From an uncultured Erysipelotrichaceae bacterium (GTDB lineage: Bacteria; Bacillota_I; Bacilli_A; RF39; UBA660): 64,000 nucleotides of DNA. Each line of letters starts with the position of its first letter. Within the stretch, counting starts at the first letter, position 1. The stretch lies in NCBI GenBank assembly GCA_902789225.1, contig CADANC010000001.1, positions 201,438 through 265,437 of the forward strand, written 5' to 3'. Shown here piece by piece: positions 17,969 through 27,242 of this stretch. The translations under genes were made by a program, and so were the position numbers. The notes under the pieces are model-generated. The model worked only from the letters and a program-made list of their open reading frames with translations. It was not told the origin of the DNA and ran no database searches.

Positions 17969-18703
17969 ATGATATATATAGTATTAAGTGTAATAATAGG
18001 AATAGTTATAGTAGGTCTAATTATTTGGACTTCAATTAAAATATCATTAAAAAGAACTCTCGGAGTAAGTAATTTAGATGATGCTATAAAAAATGTTGTG
18101 CAAGCAGAAAGAGATTCATATCAAAGTATAAAATCTACTGGAGGATTAACAAAATTGCTTCTACCAGAAATACAAAAAGATTTTAAAGACTTTAACATTG
18201 ATAATTTCTTTGGTAAAGTTGAAAAAAATATATCAGATTATTTAAATGCACTAACAGCAAAAGACTATAATAAAATAGTTGAAGATAAAGATTATATATT
18301 TGTACAAGATAAAATAAAAAACAAAATTAAAAATATGCTATCAAATCATATAGATGAAGAATTTAATGATATTAAATTTCATCATAACAGTATAAAAAGT
18401 TATACTAAAAATAACGGAACAGCTACAATTAAAGTATCAACATCTCTTGGTTATTATTATGAAACAAATAAAACAGATGAAAAAGTACATCCTGAGTTAA
18501 GAAAAGAAGCTATAATTGATACAGAATATGTATATGTATATGATGAAACTAAATTTGAAAACGATAAAGCATCATTCTCACTACATTGTCCAAATTGTGG
18601 AGCTCCAATAAGAGACATAAATACAGTATGTTCTTATTGTACAGCAGAAGTTATTCCAATTAATTTTAGAGCCTGGAAAATAAATAAAATAGTAATAAAA
18701 TAA
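17969..18703 (+). CDS. Membrane-anchored protein with a C-terminal zinc-ribbon (CPNCG...CSYC)
   Basis: 244 aa with an N-terminal TM helix. It is the only sizeable plus-strand gene in this stretch. Confidence 0.55.
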   Translation: MIYIVLSVIIGIVIVGLIIWTSIKISLKRTLGVSNLDDAIKNVVQAERDSYQSIKSTGGLTKLLLPEIQKDFKDFNIDNFFGKVEKNISDYLNALTAKDYNKIVEDKDYIFVQDKIKNKIKNMLSNHIDEEFNDIKFHHNSIKSYTKNNGTATIKVSTSLGYYYETNKTDEKVHPELRKEAIIDTEYVYVYDETKFENDKASFSLHCPNCGAPIRDINTVCSYCTAEVIPINFRAWKINKIVIK

Positions 18704-18704
18704 A

Positions 18705-18732
18705 AAAGAAGTTAAAAACTTCTTTTTTTATT
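18705..18732. terminator. Bidirectional terminator between the 17969 ORF and PFOR
   Basis: aaaaaagaagtt-aaaa-acttcttttttt. Confidence 0.55.
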
Positions 18733-21700
18733 CATCTTCTTCTATTTTACTTAAATCTTCATAATGGGAATAATCTTTTATAGCTGCCTCTTTATTTTCA
18801 TTAAATAATTTTTCACTATCTTTAGTTATCTTAGTTAAGCTTAAATATCTATTTTCCCCTATTAAGAAATCCTTATATTTAGAAAAATCAGCCTTTGAAT
18901 CTAAACTAAACTTTCCAGATGCAGGATTATAGTGGAATAATGGGAAATAACCAGAATTAGTAGCTTCTCTTTCTTCATTAATAGCGTTTTTCATTCCCTT
19001 AATAATTCCCTGAGCAATACATGGACAATAAGCAATAACTAAACTTGGTCCATTATATGCCTCAGCTTCTTTTAATACTTTAATTGCTTGTGCAGGATTA
19101 GCACCTAAATTAATAGTACCAACATATACATGACTATAATTAAGTGCCGCTTTAGCTAAATTCTTCTTAACACCTTTTTTACCTTGAGAGGCAAATTGAG
19201 CAACAGCACCTGTTCTTGTAGATTTTGATGCTTGACCACCAGTATTAGAATAAACTTCAGTATCAAGAACTAATATATTAACGTTTTCATTATTACTTAA
19301 TACATGATCAATTCCATTATATCCAATATCATAAGCCCATCCATCTCCACCTATTATCCAGAAACTTCTAGGTCCAATATAATCTTTTAATTCTTTTAAA
19401 TCAGGTATCTTAGTCTCATCAATTATATTCAATAACTCTTCACTAGTTTCTTTATTAATTTCATTAACATAATTTTTATAAATATCTTTTTCACTCTTCT
19501 TAACTAAATCTAAGTTATTAGAAATTAAACTTTTAATTCTATCTTTAAATGAATTATCTGCTATTTTCATACCATATCCATATTCAGCATTATCTTCAAA
19601 TAAAGAGTTAGCCCAAGGTACATTATATGGCATAGAAGGCATACTTGCTCCATAAATAGAAGAACATCCTGTAGCATTAGCAACTACCATATTATCCCCA
19701 AATAATTGTGAAACAAGTTTAATATATGGAGTTTCTCCACAACCAGCACACGCTCCACTAAATTGGAATTTAGGTTTAACAAATTGACTACCCTTAACAG
19801 TATTATTACTCATTACATTTTCTTTGTAACTTACATCTTCATATAAATATTTTTGTTCTTCAACCTTACCATCACTCAATAATTCTTCTTTCATCTTCAT
19901 AGTAAGTGCTTTTGCACCTTTCATACCAGGACATACTTCACTGCAAAGTCCACATCCAGTACAATTATCTAAGTCAATTCCAATAATAAATTTATATTTA
20001 TTGTCTCCTAATTTAATATCCCCTAAATTTCTAACAACAACATCAGGAGCATCAATAACTTCTTTTTCATTTAATAGGAATGGTCTAATTGCCCCATGAG
20101 GACATGATAATGAACACAAATTACATTGAATACAGTTACTATGATCATAACTAGGACATTTATCAGCAACATTAGGTTTATCAAAACAAGATGTATTAGC
20201 ATCCATTCCACCATCAGGCATATTAATAAATTTACTAACAGGCAATTTTTCCCCTTCTAAATTATTAATAATATCAAATAAACTATCATTTGAATTATTA
20301 TCTTCAACAAAATCAACATTAGGAACTTTAACTACTTTTAAAGATTCTAATGCCATGTCAATAGCTTTAATATTCTTATCCGCAATATTTCCACCTTTAT
20401 TAGCAAATTTATTAGTAATATTTTCCTTTATCTTATCAACAGCAAATTCAAAAGGAACAATTTTACCTAATTTAAATATTATAACTTCCATAATAGCACT
20501 AATTTTACCAGGAATACCTGCATCGCTAGATATTTTAGAAGCATCTATTATAAAAAATTTAATATTTCTATCCCTTAAAATTTTCTTATCATGAGAACTC
20601 ATCATCTTTAATATTTCTTCATTGTTCTTACTAGTATTTAAAATGAATATACCATCTTTACTAATATTATCTAACATTTTCAATTTCGTTAAATAAGAAT
20701 CTTTTGTACAAACAACTATTGATGGATTTGATACATAATAACTTGAAGAAATAGGATTTATACCAAATCTTAAATTAGAAACAGTCTTTCCACCACTTTT
20801 TCTAGAGTCATATTTAAAATATCCTTGTACATAGCCATTAGAATTTTCTCCACTTATTTTTAATATATCTTTAGATGCACTTACCATTCCATCACTACCA
20901 TACCCATATATTAAGAATTCAACATTATTATTTTTAATAGTAAATTTCTCATCATATGGAATAGATAAATGAGTAATATCATCTTCAATACCTACAGTAA
21001 AATTAGTATGTACATCTCTACTATCTAGAAAATCAAATACACCTTTAATCATAGCAGGAGTAGTATTCTTAGAAGATAGTCCATATCTTCCCCCATAAAC
21101 ACTTACTCTAGCATCACTATTTTTAATTACATTACAAACATCCAAATATAAAGGTTCTCCATTAGATCCAGCTTCTTTAGTACGATCAAGTACTGCTACT
21201 TTTCTAACTCCTTTAGGTAAAACATTTAAAAAGTATTTAGAACTAAAAGGTCTATATAAATGTACTTCTACAAGTCCCACATTATTACCTTTAGAATTTA
21301 AATAATCAACAACTTCTTTTATAGTTTCACAAACACTACCCATCGCAACAATAACTTTAGTAGCATAAGGACTACCATAATAATTAAAAGGTTTATATTC
21401 TCTTCCAGTTAAATCAGATACCTTTTTCATATAATCATTAACAATATCAGGAGTCTTATCATAATAACTATTTCTTACTTCTACTTCTTGAAAATAAATA
21501 TCTTCTCCTTGATTAGTTCCATATATTTTTGGATTATTAGGATTTAGTGCTCTATTTCTAAAATCTGAAAGAGCATTTTGATTAATCATTTCTTTTAAAG
21601 CATCTGTATCAATGACATCAACTTTATTAATTTCATGACTTGTTCTAAATCCATCAAAAAAGTTTACAAATGGAATACTAGATTCAATAGAAGATAAATG

Positions 21701-22168
21701 TGCTACTCCAGTTAAATCCATAACTTGTTGTACAGATGAAGAAGCAAGCATTGCATATCCAGTACTCCTAACCGCATAAATATCTTGATGATCTCCAAAT
21801 ATTGATAACGCGTGAGTCGCCAAACTTCTTGCCGCAACGTTAATAACGCCAGGAAGTAATTCACCAGCAATTTTATACATATTAGGAATCATTAATAATA
21901 ACCCTTGAGAAGCAGTATAAGTAGTAGTAAGAGCACCACACCTTAAACTACCATGAACCATTCCAGCTGCTCCAGCTTCACTTTCCATTTCAACAACTCT
22001 AACTGGAGTCCCAAAATAATTAAGTTTACCTTCACCTGCCCATTTATCAGTAACCTCCGCCATAGGAGAAGCAGGAGTAATTGGATATATTCCAGCTACT
22101 TCAGTAAAGTTATATGAAACATAAGCTGCTGCTTCATTACCATCCATAATTTTTTTCATAACAATCAC
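18728..22168 (-). CDS. nifJ: Pyruvate:ferredoxin (flavodoxin) oxidoreductase, single-chain PFOR
   Basis: 1146 aa. It has N-terminal MDGNEAAAYVSY...IYPITPAS, two 4Fe-4S motifs (CIQCNLCSLSCP, CTGCGLCSEVCP) and a TPP domain GGDGWAYDIG. Confidence 0.95.
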   Translation of the reverse strand: MIVMKKIMDGNEAAAYVSYNFTEVAGIYPITPASPMAEVTDKWAGEGKLNYFGTPVRVVEMESEAGAAGMVHGSLRCGALTTTYTASQGLLLMIPNMYKIAGELLPGVINVAARSLATHALSIFGDHQDIYAVRSTGYAMLASSSVQQVMDLTGVAHLSSIESSIPFVNFFDGFRTSHEINKVDVIDTDALKEMINQNALSDFRNRALNPNNPKIYGTNQGEDIYFQEVEVRNSYYDKTPDIVNDYMKKVSDLTGREYKPFNYYGSPYATKVIVAMGSVCETIKEVVDYLNSKGNNVGLVEVHLYRPFSSKYFLNVLPKGVRKVAVLDRTKEAGSNGEPLYLDVCNVIKNSDARVSVYGGRYGLSSKNTTPAMIKGVFDFLDSRDVHTNFTVGIEDDITHLSIPYDEKFTIKNNNVEFLIYGYGSDGMVSASKDILKISGENSNGYVQGYFKYDSRKSGGKTVSNLRFGINPISSSYYVSNPSIVVCTKDSYLTKLKMLDNISKDGIFILNTSKNNEEILKMMSSHDKKILRDRNIKFFIIDASKISSDAGIPGKISAIMEVIIFKLGKIVPFEFAVDKIKENITNKFANKGGNIADKNIKAIDMALESLKVVKVPNVDFVEDNNSNDSLFDIINNLEGEKLPVSKFINMPDGGMDANTSCFDKPNVADKCPSYDHSNCIQCNLCSLSCPHGAIRPFLLNEKEVIDAPDVVVRNLGDIKLGDNKYKFIIGIDLDNCTGCGLCSEVCPGMKGAKALTMKMKEELLSDGKVEEQKYLYEDVSYKENVMSNNTVKGSQFVKPKFQFSGACAGCGETPYIKLVSQLFGDNMVVANATGCSSIYGASMPSMPYNVPWANSLFEDNAEYGYGMKIADNSFKDRIKSLISNNLDLVKKSEKDIYKNYVNEINKETSEELLNIIDETKIPDLKELKDYIGPRSFWIIGGDGWAYDIGYNGIDHVLSNNENVNILVLDTEVYSNTGGQASKSTRTGAVAQFASQGKKGVKKNLAKAALNYSHVYVGTINLGANPAQAIKVLKEAEAYNGPSLVIAYCPCIAQGIIKGMKNAINEEREATNSGYFPLFHYNPASGKFSLDSKADFSKYKDFLIGENRYLSLTKITKDSEKLFNENKEAAIKDYSHYEDLSKIEEDE

Positions 22169-22198
22169 CTACTTATATTATACATTAAAAAAGTGATT

Positions 22199-22948
22199 TT
22201 AAAATTTAAAATCACCAAAGTCATCGTTTTTATCAGTAACCTTATTTCTATTTCTAAATAAGAAATAATATACTCCAAATCCTGTTATTCCTAAAAAAAC
22301 AAGAATTAATATAACAAGAACAATAGTATTCGCATTATTCTTTTTAATTTCTTCATTAGTTACAAATAAGAATAATTCTGTATTATCTTCATTAGATTTA
22401 TTAATTATCCAAGAATATACTCCATCTTTAGATATAGAAGTAGCATTACTATCAACAACAAATTTATCTGTTTTGACATTAACTTTTACTTGTCCACCAC
22501 CACTACAATAAAATTTTCCTTTAAAGATAATCAAAAAACCATTCTCATAATTACCTATATATGCTTCATCAAAACAAGTATTATATACTTTAGAATCTAA
22601 ATAATCTGACAAAGTATAGTTATATCTTAAAGTAACTATCTTTTTATCACCTTTAGTCTCAACTTTTTTATCATAAACAATTGTATTATTGTCCTCAAAA
22701 ACATATTGATCGTTTTCAATAAAAGATGCCAATTTATTATTAAGTTTAATCTCTGCTTTTTGATTTGCAATATTTTGAGAAGAAATTTCAGAATTATCGA
22801 TAGTAGAAACAATTTCCTCAGTAACAGTATTACCTCTAAAAGTTAAATTATATTCACTACTACATCCAGTTAAACATAGCATTAAAATTATAATTATAAT
22901 CAATAATAATTTTTTCTTCATACTTTTCTCATCCTTAAAATTTCTCAC
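22199..22948 (-). CDS. Lipoprotein with a C-terminal TM anchor, hypothetical
   Basis: Lipobox LTGC and a C-terminal hydrophobic helix. Its start overlaps the stop of the upstream paralog (ATGA). Confidence 0.55.
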   Translation of the reverse strand: MRNFKDEKSMKKKLLLIIIIILMLCLTGCSSEYNLTFRGNTVTEEIVSTIDNSEISSQNIANQKAEIKLNNKLASFIENDQYVFEDNNTIVYDKKVETKGDKKIVTLRYNYTLSDYLDSKVYNTCFDEAYIGNYENGFLIIFKGKFYCSGGGQVKVNVKTDKFVVDSNATSISKDGVYSWIINKSNEDNTELFLFVTNEEIKKNNANTIVLVILILVFLGITGFGVYYFLFRNRNKVTDKNDDFGDFKF

Positions 22949-24018
22949 GTATTACTATTTATAAAATTATATATTTTTTCATATGTAGCTTTATCATAAT
23001 GTACTCCATCACCACTGTGCCAACCGGCACTATTTAAATAACCATATGCATCTAAATAAGTAACATCACCAGATAAAGAACTTTTCATCTTATTATTAAA
23101 TTCAGGAATTCTAGTTGATAACGTTCCAGAACTACCTTGAGTAACAGAAACAAAATACGTTTTTGCTCCCTTACCTTTCCATTCCGCAGCCTTACTATTT
23201 ATATAAGAAATATAACCATTTACATTATGCAAATCATTTACTCCCATCAAGATAATTATCCTATTGTCACTAGCAATACTACCCTCTATATTAGGTACAC
23301 CAGTACTTTTCATCCAATCAAGCCCCATAGATCCTTTACAAGACCAAACATCATTTTTTGAATCTGTAGTACCAGAAGCTAATTTATTAACAGTAGAACT
23401 ATTCCAATCACCAAATAAATTAATATACATTTGAACAGTTCTAGAATCTCCTATAAAAAATTTTCTATTTCCAGAAGATCCAGGACCTAAATTACTACTT
23501 CCCGAAGAAGTATTTCCTCTACCAGATCCGCCATTATTTCTTTTATTTTGTCTTTCTTTTTCTTTCTCTTTATATATTTTATTAGGATCAACTCCACTAG
23601 ATCCTTCCCCTACATCTGCATCAGTTATTTTTACTGTAGTTCCATCTCCATATGGAGACTCAGGCTGTTGATATGAAGAACTAGTCGAAAATGCAGTATC
23701 TCTTGCCTTATCCCAACAATCAGCTACATCAAATACACTAAGTCCTCCTTGACTAATAGCCCACATTAATAAATTAACAATATATGGAAGTAAAAATATA
23801 ACTACAGTCGCAATCAATTGATTAGATATTTGTTTTTTTAGTTTTTGTTCTTCCTTAACATCTTTAAACTTAACTAATTTAAATAAATTTATTCCTAAAC
23901 CAACAAGTAATAAAACAGGTGCAGCAATATGTAAAATAACTAATGCTCTGACAAAAATAGCTAATATAGGAATAATAGCATGATTACTACAAACAGATAC
24001 TAAGTCCATTATTAACAT
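22945..24018 (-). CDS. Paralog family P1: N-terminal 2-TM hairpin module + SGNH/GDSL hydrolase domain
   Basis: The N-terminal 165 aa are near-identical to P2. The C-terminal domain has SGNH blocks FIGDSRT, GVNDL and DGVHYD. Confidence 0.7.
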   Translation of the reverse strand: MLIMDLVSVCSNHAIIPILAIFVRALVILHIAAPVLLLVGLGINLFKLVKFKDVKEEQKLKKQISNQLIATVVIFLLPYIVNLLMWAISQGGLSVFDVADCWDKARDTAFSTSSSYQQPESPYGDGTTVKITDADVGEGSSGVDPNKIYKEKEKERQNKRNNGGSGRGNTSSGSSNLGPGSSGNRKFFIGDSRTVQMYINLFGDWNSSTVNKLASGTTDSKNDVWSCKGSMGLDWMKSTGVPNIEGSIASDNRIIILMGVNDLHNVNGYISYINSKAAEWKGKGAKTYFVSVTQGSSGTLSTRIPEFNNKMKSSLSGDVTYLDAYGYLNSAGWHSGDGVHYDKATYEKIYNFINSNT

Positions 24019-24045
24019 ATTATTACACCTCCTTATAAATATATA

Positions 24046-25350
24046 TTAATCTAAATTATATGATTTAGAATTATAATAAGAAAAACCATTTGATTTACAA
24101 TATTCGGCTATTTCTTTTTCTTTAGAATTACTAGCTCCATATTCTAACAGATAAACCATTAAATTTTTAGATTTAACAGTTTTTAAATAATTTTTATAAT
24201 ATTTAGTTTCACTACTAGTTTGGTTTCTATATGTATGATTATCAAAATTAATAAGAGTAAATACTTCTTCTTGATTAACACCATCAAATAAATTATTATA
24301 AGTACCTTCATTAATTGCTTTAGAAACAAATTCGTCTCCACCATTAATCAAAATAGGTAAATTATGACTATGAACAGAACTAAGTATAGTTTTTAAACCA
24401 TTATATATTTTTTCTTTCTTAAAATTTGCATAAACATCACAATTATCTATAAAATAGCCATCAGCACCTTTATTTCTTAAAGATGGTTCTAATTCATTGA
24501 TAATATAATCTTGAAAAGACTTTTTACTAACGTCTACCCATTTCTCATCTTCCCAATTTTCATAGGTACCTAAATAATAATCCTTAAATTTATTATAATA
24601 ATTTCTATACTTTTCAACAGAACCAATATTCAAATATGAATACACTTTAATTCCGTTTTCATGTAATTTATCAACATCTTCTTTTGAATATTCTTGTAAG
24701 TCAATAACAACCAATTTATATTTTAATAGTTTATTTATTCCATCACCATGATCTAAACCTAAAAACACTCCATAACTAGATTCAACTGAACGATTATCAC
24801 TAGAGTTTCCAAATGAATTACCGGAAGAATTACTAGATGAATCAGAAGATCCATTTGATGAAGAATTATTTCTTTTATTTTGTCTTTCTTTCTCTTTATC
24901 TTTATAAATTTTATTAGGATCAACTCCACTAGATCCATCTTCTACATCTGCATCAGATATTTTTACTATTGTACCATTACCATTTGGAGACTCAGGTTGT
25001 TGATATGATGAGTTTGAAGAAAAAGAAATCTTTCTTGCACTATCCCAACAATCAGCTACATCAAATACACTAAGTCCTCCCTGACTAATAGCCCACATTA
25101 ATAAATTAACAATATATGGAAGTAAAAATATAACTACAGTCGCAATCAATTGATTAGAAATTTGTTTTTTTAGTTTTTGTTCTTCCTTAACATCTTTAAA
25201 CTTGACTAATTTAAATAAATTAATTCCTAATCCAACAAGTAATAAAATAGGCGCAACAATATGTAAAATAACTAACGTTCTAACAAATACAGCTAAAATA
25301 GGAATAATAGCATGATTGCTACAAACTGAGACTAAATCAAGTATTAGCAT
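24046..25350 (-). CDS. Paralog family P2: N-terminal 2-TM hairpin module + GH114-like (endo-alpha-1,4-polygalactosaminidase/TM1410-like) TIM-barrel domain
   Basis: The C-terminal domain reads VVIDLQEYS...LHENGIKVYSYLNIGSVEKYR...WVDV...GADGYFIDNCDVY, which matches the GH114 pattern as I recall it. Confidence 0.6.
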   Translation of the reverse strand: MLILDLVSVCSNHAIIPILAVFVRTLVILHIVAPILLLVGLGINLFKLVKFKDVKEEQKLKKQISNQLIATVVIFLLPYIVNLLMWAISQGGLSVFDVADCWDSARKISFSSNSSYQQPESPNGNGTIVKISDADVEDGSSGVDPNKIYKDKEKERQNKRNNSSSNGSSDSSSNSSGNSFGNSSDNRSVESSYGVFLGLDHGDGINKLLKYKLVVIDLQEYSKEDVDKLHENGIKVYSYLNIGSVEKYRNYYNKFKDYYLGTYENWEDEKWVDVSKKSFQDYIINELEPSLRNKGADGYFIDNCDVYANFKKEKIYNGLKTILSSVHSHNLPILINGGDEFVSKAINEGTYNNLFDGVNQEEVFTLINFDNHTYRNQTSSETKYYKNYLKTVKSKNLMVYLLEYGASNSKEKEIAEYCKSNGFSYYNSKSYNLD

Positions 25351-25388
25351 ATTATCACACCCCCTTATAAAATCTTATTTTAGATAAA

Positions 25389-25832
25389 TTAATCATCTGC
25401 ATTTTCAGAATCATTTGGATTAACATTATTAGAACCTTCAGGAAAAGCATCATTATCTATTATTCTAATAACATTGCCTCCTCGTTGAGTGTTTCCACTA
25501 CCTCCACCATTAGAAGGACTAACTTGTCCCATATTATCTAAATTATTCCAACATTCAGTAAGTACAGTATTATTACCTACTAAATACATAACAATATTTA
25601 TAAATAAAGGAATAAAGAATATAGTTACTAAAGCAACTAAACTATTTTTAATTCTTTTTTTATTCTTTTCCATTTCTCCTATATCTGAATTACCAACCAT
25701 CTTAAACAAAGTTATCATTAAAGATACGATTGCAAGAACAGGACCCAGTATTTGAATAATAGTTAGTCCTCTTTTAAGAACCATCAATATAGGATATATT
25801 CCTCCACAATGTAAACTTTCACCAATTAACAT
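25389..25832 (-). CDS. Paralog family P3: N-terminal 2-TM hairpin module only, with a short Gly/Asn-rich tail (headless)
   Basis: 147 aa. It shares the P-L-V..I..I.GP.LA..SL....FK.V and N.VMYLVG...ECWN motifs with P4 and P5. Confidence 0.6.
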   Translation of the reverse strand: MLIGESLHCGGIYPILMVLKRGLTIIQILGPVLAIVSLMITLFKMVGNSDIGEMEKNKKRIKNSLVALVTIFFIPLFINIVMYLVGNNTVLTECWNNLDNMGQVSPSNGGGSGNTQRGGNVIRIIDNDAFPEGSNNVNPNDSENADD

Positions 25833-25836
25833 CTAA

Positions 25837-27150
25837 TCACCCGCAATTCTGTGTTAAATTTGTAATTCTAATACCAACCCACCTATTTTGTTCATGTCCA
25901 TATACTTTTCCCTTGCTTATTTCAGAAACCCATTTATAGTTTCTTCCTTGTTGATAATAACTTCCACCATCATACCCAGTAACAGTACCTTTCTTTTTAT
26001 CAACTTCACCTATAAAAGCTACATGAAACCAACCACTCCAGGTATCTGGATTTTTCGGATCAATTGAGTTATGAAAGAAATGAACTATATCACCAACTTG
26101 TAAATCCTCAATATTTGAAATGATTTCATAGTTTCTACCCAATGATTTAAAGGACGCTGAAGAAGTTGGCTGTCCATTACCACCAAATAAACCAGCTTTA
26201 TAATAAACCATATCAACAGTCCAATTACAATTAGTCGTCATATTAACTCCATTAGCACCGGTAATTAATTTATCGAAATCTTTTACCGGTCCTGAAAGAC
26301 CTCCACCATCATTTCTCATAGTACCAGGATAAAAAGCATCACTAGTACCTGTACCTGCTGAAGATCCTTCTTTTTCATAATATAAGCAACTTCCACCCCA
26401 TTTACAATAGTGACCATTACTTCCTCGACCATTAAAATAATCAAATCCATATAAATACATTAATCCAAAAACATACTCAGCTACTTCTTGTAATTCACCA
26501 GCAGTAGTTACTTGAACATCTCTACCATAATATTTACTAAATACTCCACCTAAAGATCTAATATAACTAGGAGCATTAGCAGGACTAAAAGTACTATAAT
26601 CAAAATCATTTAAATGTTTTTCAATAATACCCATAGTTTCTGCATCAAAAGAAGATTTAACTGTATTATTAGGTTCAACAAATCTAGGACAATATCCTTT
26701 ATTAGGATTTATACCAGTACTACCTCTTTCGTAATCACCAGGATCAACATAAACCTTTTGAATAGACTTTCCTGTATTATCATCTATTCCATCTCCATCT
26801 TCATCAACAAATTCATGACCTTTAAATTCACTTTTTGAAGTAAATGTAACAGTATCTATAGTATTCCAACACTTAGTAACTCTAAAATTATCACCAACTA
26901 AATACATAACTAAATTAATTAGCAACGGTAAAAAGAATAGTACAGCTAATGCAACTAAACTATTTCTAATTCCCTTAAGATTTTTATCTTTATTATTCAT
27001 AGATGAGTCAGTAACCAATTTAAAAGATATAATACCTAAAGATACTAAAGCTAAAACCGGACCTATTATATGAATAATATCAATTACATTTTTAAAAACT
27101 TTAAGTAACGGCATTAAAGCATAATCATTACAACTAACATCTAATATCAT
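25837..27150 (-). CDS. Paralog family P4: N-terminal 2-TM hairpin module + CHAP/NlpC-P60-type papain-like amidase/peptidase domain
   Basis: Has the catalytic Cys in CNWTVDMVYYKAGLFGG and His in WFHVAFIGEVD. It is about 80% identical to P5. Confidence 0.65.
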   Translation of the reverse strand: MILDVSCNDYALMPLLKVFKNVIDIIHIIGPVLALVSLGIISFKLVTDSSMNNKDKNLKGIRNSLVALAVLFFLPLLINLVMYLVGDNFRVTKCWNTIDTVTFTSKSEFKGHEFVDEDGDGIDDNTGKSIQKVYVDPGDYERGSTGINPNKGYCPRFVEPNNTVKSSFDAETMGIIEKHLNDFDYSTFSPANAPSYIRSLGGVFSKYYGRDVQVTTAGELQEVAEYVFGLMYLYGFDYFNGRGSNGHYCKWGGSCLYYEKEGSSAGTGTSDAFYPGTMRNDGGGLSGPVKDFDKLITGANGVNMTTNCNWTVDMVYYKAGLFGGNGQPTSSASFKSLGRNYEIISNIEDLQVGDIVHFFHNSIDPKNPDTWSGWFHVAFIGEVDKKKGTVTGYDGGSYYQQGRNYKWVSEISKGKVYGHEQNRWVGIRITNLTQNCG

Positions 27151-27195
27151 AATTATCCCTCTACTATTAATTATTTTATCATAGTTATATTAAAA

Positions 27196-27226
27196 AAATA
27201 ATACCAAGTGGTATTATTTTACAATT
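27196..27226 (-). terminator. Intrinsic terminator after P5
   Basis: On the minus strand, aaataatacc-actt-ggtattattt followed by a T-run. Confidence 0.5.
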
Positions 27227-27242
27227 TAGAATAATTACATAA

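Noticed and set aside
20355-20594. Antisense ORF within PFOR; also 23137-23361, 25489-25755, 26614-26838, 27300-27485, 37458-37652, 50605-50877, 55771-55998, 56536-56724 and 57096-57299.
   Set aside because: All lie on the strand opposite to strongly supported genes. They are AT-rich low-complexity translations.
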